From positions 77,302 through 141,301 of the forward strand of contig JAPDJY010000035.1 in NCBI GenBank assembly GCA_029258835.1: 64,000 bases of DNA, given 5' to 3'. The notes under the pieces are model-generated. The model was not told the origin of the DNA, did not search any database, and was given only the letters and a program-made list of their open reading frames with translations. This document shows, piece by piece, positions 27,292 to 37,132 of this stretch. Position 1 is the stretch's first letter. The number at the start of each line of letters is the position of its first letter. Made by a program: the position numbers and the translations under genes. This stretch comes from Thermoproteota archaeon. Its GTDB lineage: Archaea; Asgardarchaeota; Jordiarchaeia; Jordiarchaeales; Freyrarchaeaceae.

Positions 27292-27639
27292 TTAGATCTT
27301 ACTAGCTTCCATGTTTATCCATTCCGTTAGTTTCCAGCACCGGATCGGAGAGATAGGTTGCCCTATGCCGCAGCGTGATATTTGTTTGCAGGTGAAGCAA
27401 GGACATCCGCCAAGTGTGTTCCATTTAACTTCCACATTTTCTTTTTCATTTGCGAAGATCCGGTAAGTCCATCTTCCCTTGTAGAGCTCTCTAAGCCTCC
27501 TTATAAGCCCTTTTTTCTCGAGCCTCATGGCAACCCTAGATCCTTCCCTACTATTTACGCCAAGCTTCCTCCACAGGTCGCTTTGAAGAAGTCCTTTTTC
27601 TCCTGCTTCCCGAATGATTTCGTAGGCCTTTTCTTCCAT
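27292..27639 (-). CDS. TFE-beta (archaeal RPC34/C39 homologue): wHTH plus C-terminal FeS cluster
   Basis: GLLQSDLWRKLG, GSRVAMRLEKKGLIRR, GRWTY, then CPCFTC..RC..ISPIRCWKLTEW. Confidence 0.8.
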   Translation of the reverse strand: MEEKAYEIIREAGEKGLLQSDLWRKLGVNSREGSRVAMRLEKKGLIRRLRELYKGRWTYRIFANEKENVEVKWNTLGGCPCFTCKQISRCGIGQPISPIRCWKLTEWINMEASKI

Positions 27640-27765
27640 TGGACTCCCTCACGGACAACATGGATAGAAAGCAATTAAAAAGATTTAGTTTTTAGTTTTC
27701 AGCTAACATTATAAAAAATAAAGAACCTTGTTTTTTCTTTCTAAAATTACTATTTTACTATTAAT

Positions 27766-29145
27766 TCAAAACGCTGCCAGCATTAGGATATCGTTAACGT
27801 TGGTTCCGGTTGGCCCAGTTACTATAAGTCCGTCACCTAACAATTCAAAGAAGCTTGTTGAGTCATGGCGTTTTAAAAAATCCTTAGCATTTAAACCCTT
27901 CCTTTCCCCCTTCCAAATCGTTCTTCCATCCACGAGTGCTCCTGCAGCATGGGAGAATCCGTCTATTCCGTCCGTGTCAAAGCTGGTTACAATCGCGTTT
28001 TTGATTCCAGACATTCTAAGCGCCGCACTTAAAGCAAGCTCTTGATTTCTTCCGCCTTTTCCTCCTTCCTTCTCGACGGTGACTGTTGTCTCCCCTCCCA
28101 TGATCATCAATGCAGGCTTTCGAAGCGGTTTTCCATAATATGCTAGGTCTTTCAGGATGCTTGCAGCTAAGCAGCCAACCTCCCTAGCTTCCCCTTCCAT
28201 ATGAGTTGTTAAAACCATCGAGTGCACCCCTCTCCTAGCAGCTTCACGAGCAACTTCATTACAAGCAATCCTGTTGGTTGCTATGAGGATATTGCTCACT
28301 CTCCGAAAGACGGGGTTTCCAGGCTTAGGGGTATCTGCAATTTTTCCTTCCTTACCCCTCTTAAGCAACGCTCTGACTTTACCGCTACACTTTTCCCATA
28401 TTCCATATTTCCTCAGGATTATTATAGCGTCGGAGAAGGATGTTGGGTCTGGAGCCGTCGGACCCGAAGAGACGTCTTCCAGCGCATCACCTACAACATC
28501 TGAGATTATTAAGCTTATAACCTTGGCTGGATGTGCATATTCGGCTAGCCGCCCACCTTTAATCTTAGAAAGATGTCTCCTTACAGTATTGACTTCTCCT
28601 ATTGTTGCCCCGCTTCTGAGAAGCAGCAGCGTGATTTCCTGCATTTCTTCTAACCCTAAACCATCGGCGGGCATGGCCATCAGAGCCGAGCCGCCTCCAG
28701 ATATCAAGCAGAATATGATGTCATTTTCTCCTGCTTTCTCGACTACCTTAAGTATTTCCCGTGCACAGTTAACACTCGCTTCGTCCGGAACAGGATGCTC
28801 CCCTTCGAGGAGCCTTACTCTCTTAACCCTGAATGTTCCGGCTGTACCGCGTTGAACACACACGACACCGCCACTTATGACATCCTTCAGGAGTTCCTCT
28901 AGGGCTTCAGCCATTGCTCCGCTAGCTTTACCCGCCCCAACAACGTAAACGTGCCCTACGTTCCTTAAAGACACACGTATATTTTTAACCCGGATAACTT
29001 CTCCGCTTAGTGAGACTGCGCGTCTAACGGCAACTCTAGGATCTGAAACTTTTATCGCTTTTTCAACCAGGTCTAAAATAAGACCTCGTGCTCTTCTTTC
29101 CTCACCATTAGCGGCATCTAAGAGGGATTCCCTGTTTTTTATCAA
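27766..29145 (-). CDS. Glycerate 2-kinase (MOFRL family)
   Basis: GAGKAS, HPVPD, LISGGGSAL, SKIKGG, SDVVGD, SGPT, GGETTV, GGRNQE, TDGIDG, TGTNVND. Confidence 0.92.
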   Translation of the reverse strand: MIKNRESLLDAANGEERRARGLILDLVEKAIKVSDPRVAVRRAVSLSGEVIRVKNIRVSLRNVGHVYVVGAGKASGAMAEALEELLKDVISGGVVCVQRGTAGTFRVKRVRLLEGEHPVPDEASVNCAREILKVVEKAGENDIIFCLISGGGSALMAMPADGLGLEEMQEITLLLLRSGATIGEVNTVRRHLSKIKGGRLAEYAHPAKVISLIISDVVGDALEDVSSGPTAPDPTSFSDAIIILRKYGIWEKCSGKVRALLKRGKEGKIADTPKPGNPVFRRVSNILIATNRIACNEVAREAARRGVHSMVLTTHMEGEAREVGCLAASILKDLAYYGKPLRKPALMIMGGETTVTVEKEGGKGGRNQELALSAALRMSGIKNAIVTSFDTDGIDGFSHAAGALVDGRTIWKGERKGLNAKDFLKRHDSTSFFELLGDGLIVTGPTGTNVNDILMLAAF

Positions 29146-29159
29146 AGCAAACCACCACT

Positions 29160-30563
29160 TTATAGGAGAAGCGATAATTCTTCTAAAGCCCGAAGGATCC
29201 TTTCTCCCTTCCGTGTCAACTTGAAGTATTTTCTACGTTTCCCAGTTATCTCTTCGATCAACCCTCTTGCTAAAAGATCCTCTAAGTGCTGATAGACTGC
29301 TTGAATGGAGAGGCGCTTTCCTAAAGCTTTCCATATTTCATAACCATAAGATTCTTCAACCTCGAGGAACCTTAATATTTCAAGCTTTGTTTTAAAGCCT
29401 CCCCTTGACCTCACCCCTCTCTTAGCGCCATTGGCCAAAGCGTCTATAACATATGGGTCCTTTAGCCCGCTGGCGGTAATCAGGCAAACAACGGTTTCAG
29501 AGGGATTTATTTCGCCATAATCTAAAAGCTTCTTGAAGCATGCTACTGATGCCGCACTGGCGGGCTCCGAGAAGATGCCTTCAGCCTTAGCTAGGATTCT
29601 TTCAGCAGTAATAATCTCCTCATCGGTAACTGTGACAACCTTCCCACCGCTCTCTCTTACAGCCTGCACCGCTAGCCCCCCATAAGCAGGGCTTGCAACT
29701 AAAAGACCTAAAGCTATGGTTTTAGGATTCTTAACCTTTCTCACTTCTATTTTTCCTTCCTCGCTGATCAGGGTGGCACATCCCTCCGCCTGAGCGAGCA
29801 CCATTCCCGGAGGGTCTTCGATTAAACTTAAAGCTAAGCATTCCTTCACGCCTTTCCAAATGGAATATGCTGTGTTTCCGGTTCCTGTGGGAACAATAAC
29901 CCAATCCACACCTTTCACTTTTTCAAAAATTTCATGGGAAATCGTTTTCTGCGCCTCAACTGAAAGCGGGTTAAGCTCAGGCGTGGCTTGATAAGACTTA
30001 GCGCCCATTTTCTCTGCTTCAACTATTGCTTCATCGATTGTGTCGCCATTTCTTAGAATTTTCCCACCGTAAATGTGCATCTGAGCTAGTTTTCCGACGT
30101 TAACCTCTTTTGGGGTTACGATGGTGCAACCCATCTTCACTTTAGCACAGTATGCAGCGGCGGCGGCTCCGAAATTACCGTGTGAAGCACACACAATGGT
30201 TTTAGCTCCGAGATCCAAGGCGTTAGATACTATTAATGAAGCCGCCCTATCTCTATATGAGCTAGTTGGATTAACAGACTCGTCTTTAAGGTAGATATGT
30301 CTTCCGCCGATCCTATGTGCAAGCTCCCGGGCTTCTCTAAGGGGAGTACCTCCTTCACCCATACTTACAATACATTTATCGCTTACAGGGGGGAAAATGC
30401 GGCGATACCTCCAAAGCCCCTTTCCCTTATCATACGGAGAAGGCAATTCCTCGTAATTGTAAGTGTAATCTAGAATTCCTCCGCATATATCGCATCTAGC
30501 CACGGGGGGAAACATATTTTTCCTTCTACCACAAGTGGTACACTGTAGCGAGACAGACGCCAA
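29160..30563 (-). CDS. Threonine-synthase-like fold-II PLP protein fused to a PadR-like wHTH; PLP Lys replaced by Arg
   Basis: N-terminal Zn ribbon, SMGEGGTPL, NPTSSYRDR, VPTGTG, EPASA; tail KLEILRFL..SYGYEIWK..VYQHLEDL..RRKYFKLT. Confidence 0.8.
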   Translation of the reverse strand: MASVSLQCTTCGRRKNMFPPVARCDICGGILDYTYNYEELPSPYDKGKGLWRYRRIFPPVSDKCIVSMGEGGTPLREARELAHRIGGRHIYLKDESVNPTSSYRDRAASLIVSNALDLGAKTIVCASHGNFGAAAAAYCAKVKMGCTIVTPKEVNVGKLAQMHIYGGKILRNGDTIDEAIVEAEKMGAKSYQATPELNPLSVEAQKTISHEIFEKVKGVDWVIVPTGTGNTAYSIWKGVKECLALSLIEDPPGMVLAQAEGCATLISEEGKIEVRKVKNPKTIALGLLVASPAYGGLAVQAVRESGGKVVTVTDEEIITAERILAKAEGIFSEPASAASVACFKKLLDYGEINPSETVVCLITASGLKDPYVIDALANGAKRGVRSRGGFKTKLEILRFLEVEESYGYEIWKALGKRLSIQAVYQHLEDLLARGLIEEITGKRRKYFKLTRKGERILRALEELSLLL

Positions 30564-30644
30564 CAGCGAACCCTCCTTCGCTTAAATCTTTATTTAGGAA
30601 GGAATGCAACAAAAAAATTACTTTAATAACTTGGAGGGACGAAA

Positions 30645-31175
30645 GTGCAAGGTGCACTGGGCAGCCTTCTCCTGCGCTCCCTTTTCCGTCTAGAGGAGCG
30701 TGAAGTACAAGTTATAGTAACGAAGAATATGCCTCAAATAGCATTGGATGACAGGGAAATAGGCCCCCTAATGGAGGGACAAACGGTATCCCTTCCGGTG
30801 TGGCAGGTGGCCCCCTTCATAAAAGCGAATGTAGTGCAGTGTAAACACGAGGAAGCCATTAACCTAGCGGAATTATATAATTACTTATGGAATGAAGAGC
30901 AGCAACCCCCCCTGCAGCCTCTCCCAGATGACTTTTACATACGACTAAAAATATTCATTGAATCCTCCTCCGAGGGTGACAGACGAAAAATAATCCCGGT
31001 CGTAAAAGACCTTCTCCTCAAAAGAGCTGAAAAGATCGTTAAAGCCGCCTTGAAAGCAGGACACACTAAAAAAGTATCAGAAAACATGCTCGGCGAAGAA
31101 AGGATACTTTACCAGCAACTAAGCAAGATGATAAGCCAGTGGCTAGCAACATTACATAACTTTTTAAATGTTTAA
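30645..31175 (+). CDS. GINS subunit (Gins23/Psf2-type)
   Basis: LPVWQ B-domain, LQPLPDDFY, KRAEKI, EERILY; immediately upstream of MCM. Confidence 0.75.
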   Translation: MQGALGSLLLRSLFRLEEREVQVIVTKNMPQIALDDREIGPLMEGQTVSLPVWQVAPFIKANVVQCKHEEAINLAELYNYLWNEEQQPPLQPLPDDFYIRLKIFIESSSEGDRRKIIPVVKDLLLKRAEKIVKAALKAGHTKKVSENMLGEERILYQQLSKMISQWLATLHNFLNV

Positions 31176-31214
31176 TGATAGAGCTATCATGAAGCTTCTA
31201 AAGGTGCCTTAACG

Positions 31215-33269
31215 ATGCTAATGGATCCACAGGAACGTTTTGAAACATTCCTGAAAGAGTATCGTTCAGAAGCTGGAACCCCCATTTACAGGGAGAAAAT
31301 AAACCAGTTAACAGTTACCGGGGACAGAAGCCTAATAGTTAACTTTAACCATCTTGTAGCGTTCGACCCAGAACTAGCAAGACGGACAATCCAGCATCCA
31401 GACCGCTTCCTCGCAGCAGCCAACCAAGCCCTAAGGAATATTCTTAAGCAAACAGATCCAGATTATTCGAGCAAAGTGGAGCGGCTCCACGTTAGACTCT
31501 CAAATTTCCCTGAAGAATACCATGTATCGCTAAGACGGCTAAGATCAGAACACATAGGCCGCTTAATAGTAATAAGTGGAATCCTGACACGTGCCACAGA
31601 AGTGAAACCCCGCCTTATCAAGGCAGTGTTTAAATGCCGTAGATGTGGAGAGCTAATAGCCATCCACCAAGAAGACCGAACCATAGTAACCCCTACAGAG
31701 TGCACGAACCCTAACTGTAGGCGTAGAGGCCCATTCGACCTTCAAATAGAAGAGTCGGACTTCATGGACTGGCAAAAAATAAGGATCCAAGAAAAACCTG
31801 AAGACCTTCCTCCAGGCCAATTGCCACGAAGCATTGATGCCACACTTACAGACGACATAGTAGATTTAGCCCGGCCAGGGGATCGCGTGACGATAACAGG
31901 GATCCTCAGGGCTGTTCCCGAAACGAGTACGAGAAAGGCAAAATTAACCACCTTCAGCACTATAGTGGAAGTCAATAACATAGAAACAGTGGGAGCGGAA
32001 TCTGAAAAACTCGAAATAAGCGAGGAGGACGAGGAGAAAATAACACAGTTAGCCCAAGACCCCTACATAATTCAAAAAATTATCCGTTCAATAGCTCCTA
32101 GCATTTACGGATATGAAACAATTAAAGAGGCGATAGCACTTCTTCTCTTCGGTGGAGTGCCCAAAGAGATGCCTGACAAGGTCAGGATCCGCGGAGACAT
32201 AAACGTGTTACTCCTTGGAGATCCAGGGGTGGGTAAGTCGCAAATCTTACAGTACGTTGCCAGAATAGCTCCACGAGGGTTATATACCTCAGGGAGAGGC
32301 GCTACAGCAGCTGGTTTAACCGCAGCTGTAATGAGAGATCCAGAAAGCGGGACAATGCTGCTCGAAGCAGGAGCACTAGTACTGGCTGACCAAGGTGTTG
32401 CATGTATTGACGAAATGGACAAAATGCGTGAGCAGGACCGGGTTGCCCTTCACGAGGCGATGGAAAGCGGGATGCTATCCATAGCTAAAGGAGGCATTGT
32501 AGCAACGCTTAACGCAAGAACATCTATTCTAGCAGCTGCAAACCCGGCTCTGGGACGTTACAACCCCTATAGGCCACCCTCTGAAAACTTTAGTCTTCCC
32601 CCAACGATTCTCTCTCGGTTTGACCTAATTTTCGTTTTAATCGATAAGCCTGCTAAAGAGCACGATGAACGAATGGCCAACCACATCCTTCACCTTCATC
32701 GCGAGTATTCCAGTGAGGAGCCTCCACCGATACCACCGGATCTACTAAGGAAGTACATTGCATATGCTCGGAGGAACATTAAACCAAAGCTTTCGTCGGA
32801 GGCCGTGGAGAAGCTGCGTGATTTCTACCTTGAGATGAGAAGCAAAGGTGAGCAACCTGACGCTCCAGTCCCCATCACAGCAAGACAGCTTGAGGCTCTA
32901 GTCCGGCTTGCAGAAGCAAGGGCGAAAATGGCGTTAAGGAGTGAAGTAACTGTTGAAGACGCTGAAGCGGCTATACGTTTAATGAAGGCATCTTTACAGC
33001 AAGTTGGACGTGATGTGGAGTCGGGGCTTTTCGACATCGATACAATTTACCTTGGTAGCCCTAAGAGTCAACGGGACAAAATGCAAGTTATCCTAGATAT
33101 TATTAGCGGTTTGGAAGCTGAGCTTGGTGGCCCAGTACCGGTTGAACGAATAATAAGTGAAGCGGCATCGGAGAATATTGACAGGAAATTTGTGGAGAGA
33201 GCTTTAAGCCGCTTCCTGAACGATGGTTTACTCTTTGAACCCAAGCAGGGGCATGTAAAACGCGTGTAA
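31215..33269 (+). CDS. mcm: MCM replicative helicase
   Basis: Zn finger CRRC..C..C, QEKPEDLPPGQLPR, GDPGVGKS, CIDEMDKM, AAANP, SRFD, TARQLE. Confidence 0.97.
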   Translation: MLMDPQERFETFLKEYRSEAGTPIYREKINQLTVTGDRSLIVNFNHLVAFDPELARRTIQHPDRFLAAANQALRNILKQTDPDYSSKVERLHVRLSNFPEEYHVSLRRLRSEHIGRLIVISGILTRATEVKPRLIKAVFKCRRCGELIAIHQEDRTIVTPTECTNPNCRRRGPFDLQIEESDFMDWQKIRIQEKPEDLPPGQLPRSIDATLTDDIVDLARPGDRVTITGILRAVPETSTRKAKLTTFSTIVEVNNIETVGAESEKLEISEEDEEKITQLAQDPYIIQKIIRSIAPSIYGYETIKEAIALLLFGGVPKEMPDKVRIRGDINVLLLGDPGVGKSQILQYVARIAPRGLYTSGRGATAAGLTAAVMRDPESGTMLLEAGALVLADQGVACIDEMDKMREQDRVALHEAMESGMLSIAKGGIVATLNARTSILAAANPALGRYNPYRPPSENFSLPPTILSRFDLIFVLIDKPAKEHDERMANHILHLHREYSSEEPPPIPPDLLRKYIAYARRNIKPKLSSEAVEKLRDFYLEMRSKGEQPDAPVPITARQLEALVRLAEARAKMALRSEVTVEDAEAAIRLMKASLQQVGRDVESGLFDIDTIYLGSPKSQRDKMQVILDIISGLEAELGGPVPVERIISEAASENIDRKFVERALSRFLNDGLLFEPKQGHVKRV

Positions 33270-33424
33270 CAGTGCGCTCTTTAATTCATTAATGGGATAT
33301 TTATTTAGTATGTAAACTCGTACTTTTCTCATTTTCCTCTTTGAATGGATAAAAGGGCGTCTAGTTTTCTGAAAAATAAAAAGGCTGAAGTTTTATATAA
33401 GGGAACTTAGGCATCTTTTCTGAG

Positions 33425-34609
33425 GTGATTAATTTGAGTTCGCCTGTCAGCATTAATTTTGAAGCAAGGCTTAGAAGAATTAGAGGGAAGATGGAGGAGG
33501 AAGGAATCGATGTCATTGTAGGTACCCGTCTTCGGACGCTGGGCTACGTAACAGGCGCCTTTATTCCTTGGAGAAGTGCTGTGGTAATACCTTTAGAAGG
33601 CGAACCGGAGATATTCACCATTCTGCTTGATGTTGAGAGGGTTAAGGATGACAGTTGGATCAAGAACGTTAAGGGATGGGGGCCGGCGGAGGGAATGTAT
33701 CTGGAACCATTAATTGCTGAGGCCATTAGAAATTTTGGATATGAAAAGGGTAGAATAGGTGTGGAGTATGGACAGGAGTGGATCCTGGCTTCCGGACACA
33801 TTCTTGCTTCTGAATATGACAACTTGAAGAAGCTTCTGCCTGATGCTGAGTTTAAGAACGCTACGCCGATAATAGACCATTTAACTCTTTACAAAGAGCC
33901 CGAGGAAATAAAACTTCTCAGGAGGGCGTCGGAAATTACTGACGTCGGACAGCAAGCTGTTAAAGAAGCCCTCGAGGTTGGAATGACGGAGACGGAGGTT
34001 GCTGGGGTGGCGGAGTACGCCATGCGAAAGGCAGGAAGCGATTGGGCTTGGACGCTAACCGGGGGGCAAGAAATTGCATCTGGATATAGAACTGCTTATG
34101 CTTGGGGCGGATGTACTCCTGCGACAGATAAAATAATTCAGCCGGGAGATAATGTACTGGTTGATCTTCATGCCATGTATCGCCTCTACTATGGAGACCT
34201 TTCCCATAATTATATTATGGGGCGTCCATCCAAGGAACAAAAGAAGTTGTCTGACGCCTTCGTTGAAATTTCTTACGCTCTTATAGATGAAATGCAGCCG
34301 GGGGCAAAGATCGGTGATGTTGCAAAGAAAGCCATGAAGGTAGCTGAAAAACACGGATACGGAAATAATGTCCTTTTTGGTTTTGGCCATGGGATAGGGG
34401 GCGTAGGAAACGAGTCGTATCCCCTTATCTTAGACATGCCTCCTTGGGGTGACATGGAGCTGGAGGCTAACATGGTCGAAGTAGCAGCTGTTGTCTTAAA
34501 TAAACCTGGTGTCGGAGGGATGAGGCTGGAGGCGCCAGTCTGGATAAAAGAAAATGGGAATGAGGTGCTTCCGAAAACGCCGATAGAGCCGGACATAATC
34601 GAAATTTAA
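33425..34609 (+). CDS. M24 (Xaa-Pro peptidase / creatinase-like) protein
   Basis: Creatinase-like N-terminus; KEPEEI, VLVD, YYGDLS, GHGIG, GGMRLE. Confidence 0.8.
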   Translation: MINLSSPVSINFEARLRRIRGKMEEEGIDVIVGTRLRTLGYVTGAFIPWRSAVVIPLEGEPEIFTILLDVERVKDDSWIKNVKGWGPAEGMYLEPLIAEAIRNFGYEKGRIGVEYGQEWILASGHILASEYDNLKKLLPDAEFKNATPIIDHLTLYKEPEEIKLLRRASEITDVGQQAVKEALEVGMTETEVAGVAEYAMRKAGSDWAWTLTGGQEIASGYRTAYAWGGCTPATDKIIQPGDNVLVDLHAMYRLYYGDLSHNYIMGRPSKEQKKLSDAFVEISYALIDEMQPGAKIGDVAKKAMKVAEKHGYGNNVLFGFGHGIGGVGNESYPLILDMPPWGDMELEANMVEVAAVVLNKPGVGGMRLEAPVWIKENGNEVLPKTPIEPDIIEI

Positions 34610-34840
34610 AAAAGTATGGTACCACTTTTCTCCTTCTGATTTATTACGCTAAAATCTAAGCTAATAGCTAGAAGAACATTTCACTTTTGACCGTCTTAAG
34701 TTCCATGAAACATGACCTCGCCTCCAGCTTCAATGAATTTTTATTTTTATTAAGGTTAAGGGTGAATTAAAGGGAAAACCACATGCTTTATATTTTACTA
34801 TTTTTTAAGTTTTAGTAGACTTTATGTTGGTGGCCTAATA

Positions 34841-35626
34841 ATGAGCGGGCAGACTTTCATTGTAGACTTCTGGAGGACTGGAATTCACAGGGAGGAATTT
34901 GGCATCCGGCAAAAGGAATTTTTAATGTCTAAGTCTCGGCAGTTTACGCGTGACCTAGACTTATGTGGGCGCCTGAAACGTGGTTCAGAGGAGATTGGAT
35001 ACATAGGTTATCGGAGGGGAGTGTGGGATCTCAAGGAGGCAGGGAGATTGGATAAACAGAGACTCGTTATCAAGGCTTTTTCGAATTCCTTCTCGTGGAT
35101 GGGTAGTATTGAGGAAGTTGTTAACCGAACCGTTTCAAAGTCTATTGGTGTAGGCGAAGTAATGCCTGTTTTCGCAGCGGTTTTGCCGGATAATAAGTTA
35201 GTTTATAACATTGAGAGAGTCTATAGGGGGCCGCTAAGAACCGTTACGTATGTTTTTTCCTTTATCGACGAGAAAAGTAAAACGTTTCAGCCGGTTAAGA
35301 TTGTGGGTAAACGTGTTTCCCTCGGAGCAGACTTCGACGTTTTCTACGGTGCTGATGAGCAACGTATAGGCCGCATTGATGGCAAGATAGCAGACTTAGG
35401 AGGAAGGTTTGAAGTAAAAATTTTAGATGAGACCTTGGTTAGGAATGAAGAGCTAATGCGTGTATTATTACTTTTCACGTCAACTCTAAAGTTTCATAGT
35501 GAGTTGGAGGAACGTGTGAAGAGGCTCTTAGAGGCTATGCGTAAAGGCGACTTGATTCCTGAGGTTCAGAGCGAGGAGCTGGGGCTTTTGGTTAATCCAC
35601 GCGTGCTTAGGAGCGCTGTATTTTGA
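34841..35626 (+). CDS. Hypothetical protein, possibly Tubby/LURP-one/scramblase-like
   Basis: Beta-strand-rich repeats (KRVSLGADFDVF, IGRIDGKIADLGGRFEV) and a terminal hydrophobic helix. Confidence 0.45.
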   Translation: MSGQTFIVDFWRTGIHREEFGIRQKEFLMSKSRQFTRDLDLCGRLKRGSEEIGYIGYRRGVWDLKEAGRLDKQRLVIKAFSNSFSWMGSIEEVVNRTVSKSIGVGEVMPVFAAVLPDNKLVYNIERVYRGPLRTVTYVFSFIDEKSKTFQPVKIVGKRVSLGADFDVFYGADEQRIGRIDGKIADLGGRFEVKILDETLVRNEELMRVLLLFTSTLKFHSELEERVKRLLEAMRKGDLIPEVQSEELGLLVNPRVLRSAVF

Positions 35627-35842
35627 TTAAATATGAGTATTGCTCATTTTCCCCTTAATTTTTTAACACGTTTATGTTAATTTACCACCTGATTAATAAT
35701 CCTTATTTGTTTTTTAAGCATATATTCTTGTAAACCCTTACTTTAACTAACCGCTACTTTTTTAACCCTTCAGTTTTTAGGATAGTAGGAATATTGGCCT
35801 CCTTCAGTTTAAAAATAAAACCAGTCTGAAGAGGTAACTTGA

Positions 35843-37132
35843 ATGTATGCCCTCTTCCTAGGATGCATAATACCTTTCCGCCTTCCTTTTATAGAGAAAA
35901 CAGCTAGGACAATATTTGACCTTCTAGACGTTGAAGTTTGTGACATACCCCAATTTTCATGCTGCCCAAACACAAATCTCAAGCCCTTAGGAGAGATCAC
36001 GTGGCACACTATAGCTGCTAGGAACCTTGCCTTAGCCGAAAAGGAAAACCTAGACATAATATGCCTCTGCAGTGGATGTTCTAAAAACCTGAAAACCGCC
36101 AACGTTCACTTAAAAAACAATCCTGAACTTCTAGAAGAAGTTAACTCTCGCCTTTCAAGAATCAACCTTGAATACAATGGAACAGTAAAGGTTAGGCATT
36201 TTGTAGAAGTTCTCCTCTCACTCGGACTTGAAGATTTAGAGCAAAAAGTGGTTTACCCGCTTACTGGAATAAGAGTTGCGCCTCATTACGGATGCCACCT
36301 TCTCAGGCCGAGCGAGGAGGTACTATTCGATGACCCGCTAAACCCTAAATCTCTTGACAAACTAGTAGAAATCTTAGGGGCTACAAGCGTTAACTATGAA
36401 ACGAAAATGCTGTGCTGTGGAGGCGAGCTAAGCCCCGTTGATCCAGAGGAGTCGTTTAACATGGCGAGAAGAAAGCTTAAAGAAGTAAGGGATGTTGCAG
36501 ACTGCTTAACGGTGGTTTGCCCGTTCTGCTTCACACAGTATGATTCTGGGCAGGTGAGGATGAAGTTCTCCCCAGGCGTCCCAATAATTCATTACTTAGA
36601 ATTGTTAGCTTTAGCTATGGGTGTTCCCCTCTCTGAAATAGGTTTCAGCCATCATAGAGTTAAACCAGAAAACTTGATTGAGGAAGCGGTTAGAAGAAGG
36701 CAAGCCATAGACTACCTTTCCAATTTCTTTGATGTGGAATTGCTGAAGAGCTGCGTGTCTTGCGGTGCTTGCAGTGAGGTCTGCCCTATAGCAGGTCAAG
36801 ATTACAATCCGCACTCGGTGGTTTCAGCGTTGCTCGAGGGACGGCTTGACGATGTGATCGAACAAGGAAATTATTGGAAGTGCGCTGAGTGCTACACGTG
36901 CCATGAAATGTGCCCTCAACGAATGGGACTCGTGGAAATTTTCTCTACTCTTAAAAGAATCGCCGTTGAAAGGCGGAAGCTCCCCCCTCATGTCGTAGAA
37001 CAAAGAAATGCTGTGATTAAGAACGGATTTGCCATTCCGCCAAGCATGGCTCTTAGAAAACGTTTTGGGCTTCCTGCCCCTCCCTCCCCGAACGTTGAAG
37101 AATTAAAGATACTGGTGAAGGAAGATGGGTAA
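35843..37132 (+). CDS. HdrB-HdrC fusion (heterodisulfide-reductase-like)
   Basis: FLGC, SCCP, CSGC, HYGCH, CCGG, CPFC (two CCG domains); CVSCGACSEVCP and WKCAECYTCHEMCP. Confidence 0.88.
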   Translation: MYALFLGCIIPFRLPFIEKTARTIFDLLDVEVCDIPQFSCCPNTNLKPLGEITWHTIAARNLALAEKENLDIICLCSGCSKNLKTANVHLKNNPELLEEVNSRLSRINLEYNGTVKVRHFVEVLLSLGLEDLEQKVVYPLTGIRVAPHYGCHLLRPSEEVLFDDPLNPKSLDKLVEILGATSVNYETKMLCCGGELSPVDPEESFNMARRKLKEVRDVADCLTVVCPFCFTQYDSGQVRMKFSPGVPIIHYLELLALAMGVPLSEIGFSHHRVKPENLIEEAVRRRQAIDYLSNFFDVELLKSCVSCGACSEVCPIAGQDYNPHSVVSALLEGRLDDVIEQGNYWKCAECYTCHEMCPQRMGLVEIFSTLKRIAVERRKLPPHVVEQRNAVIKNGFAIPPSMALRKRFGLPAPPSPNVEELKILVKEDG

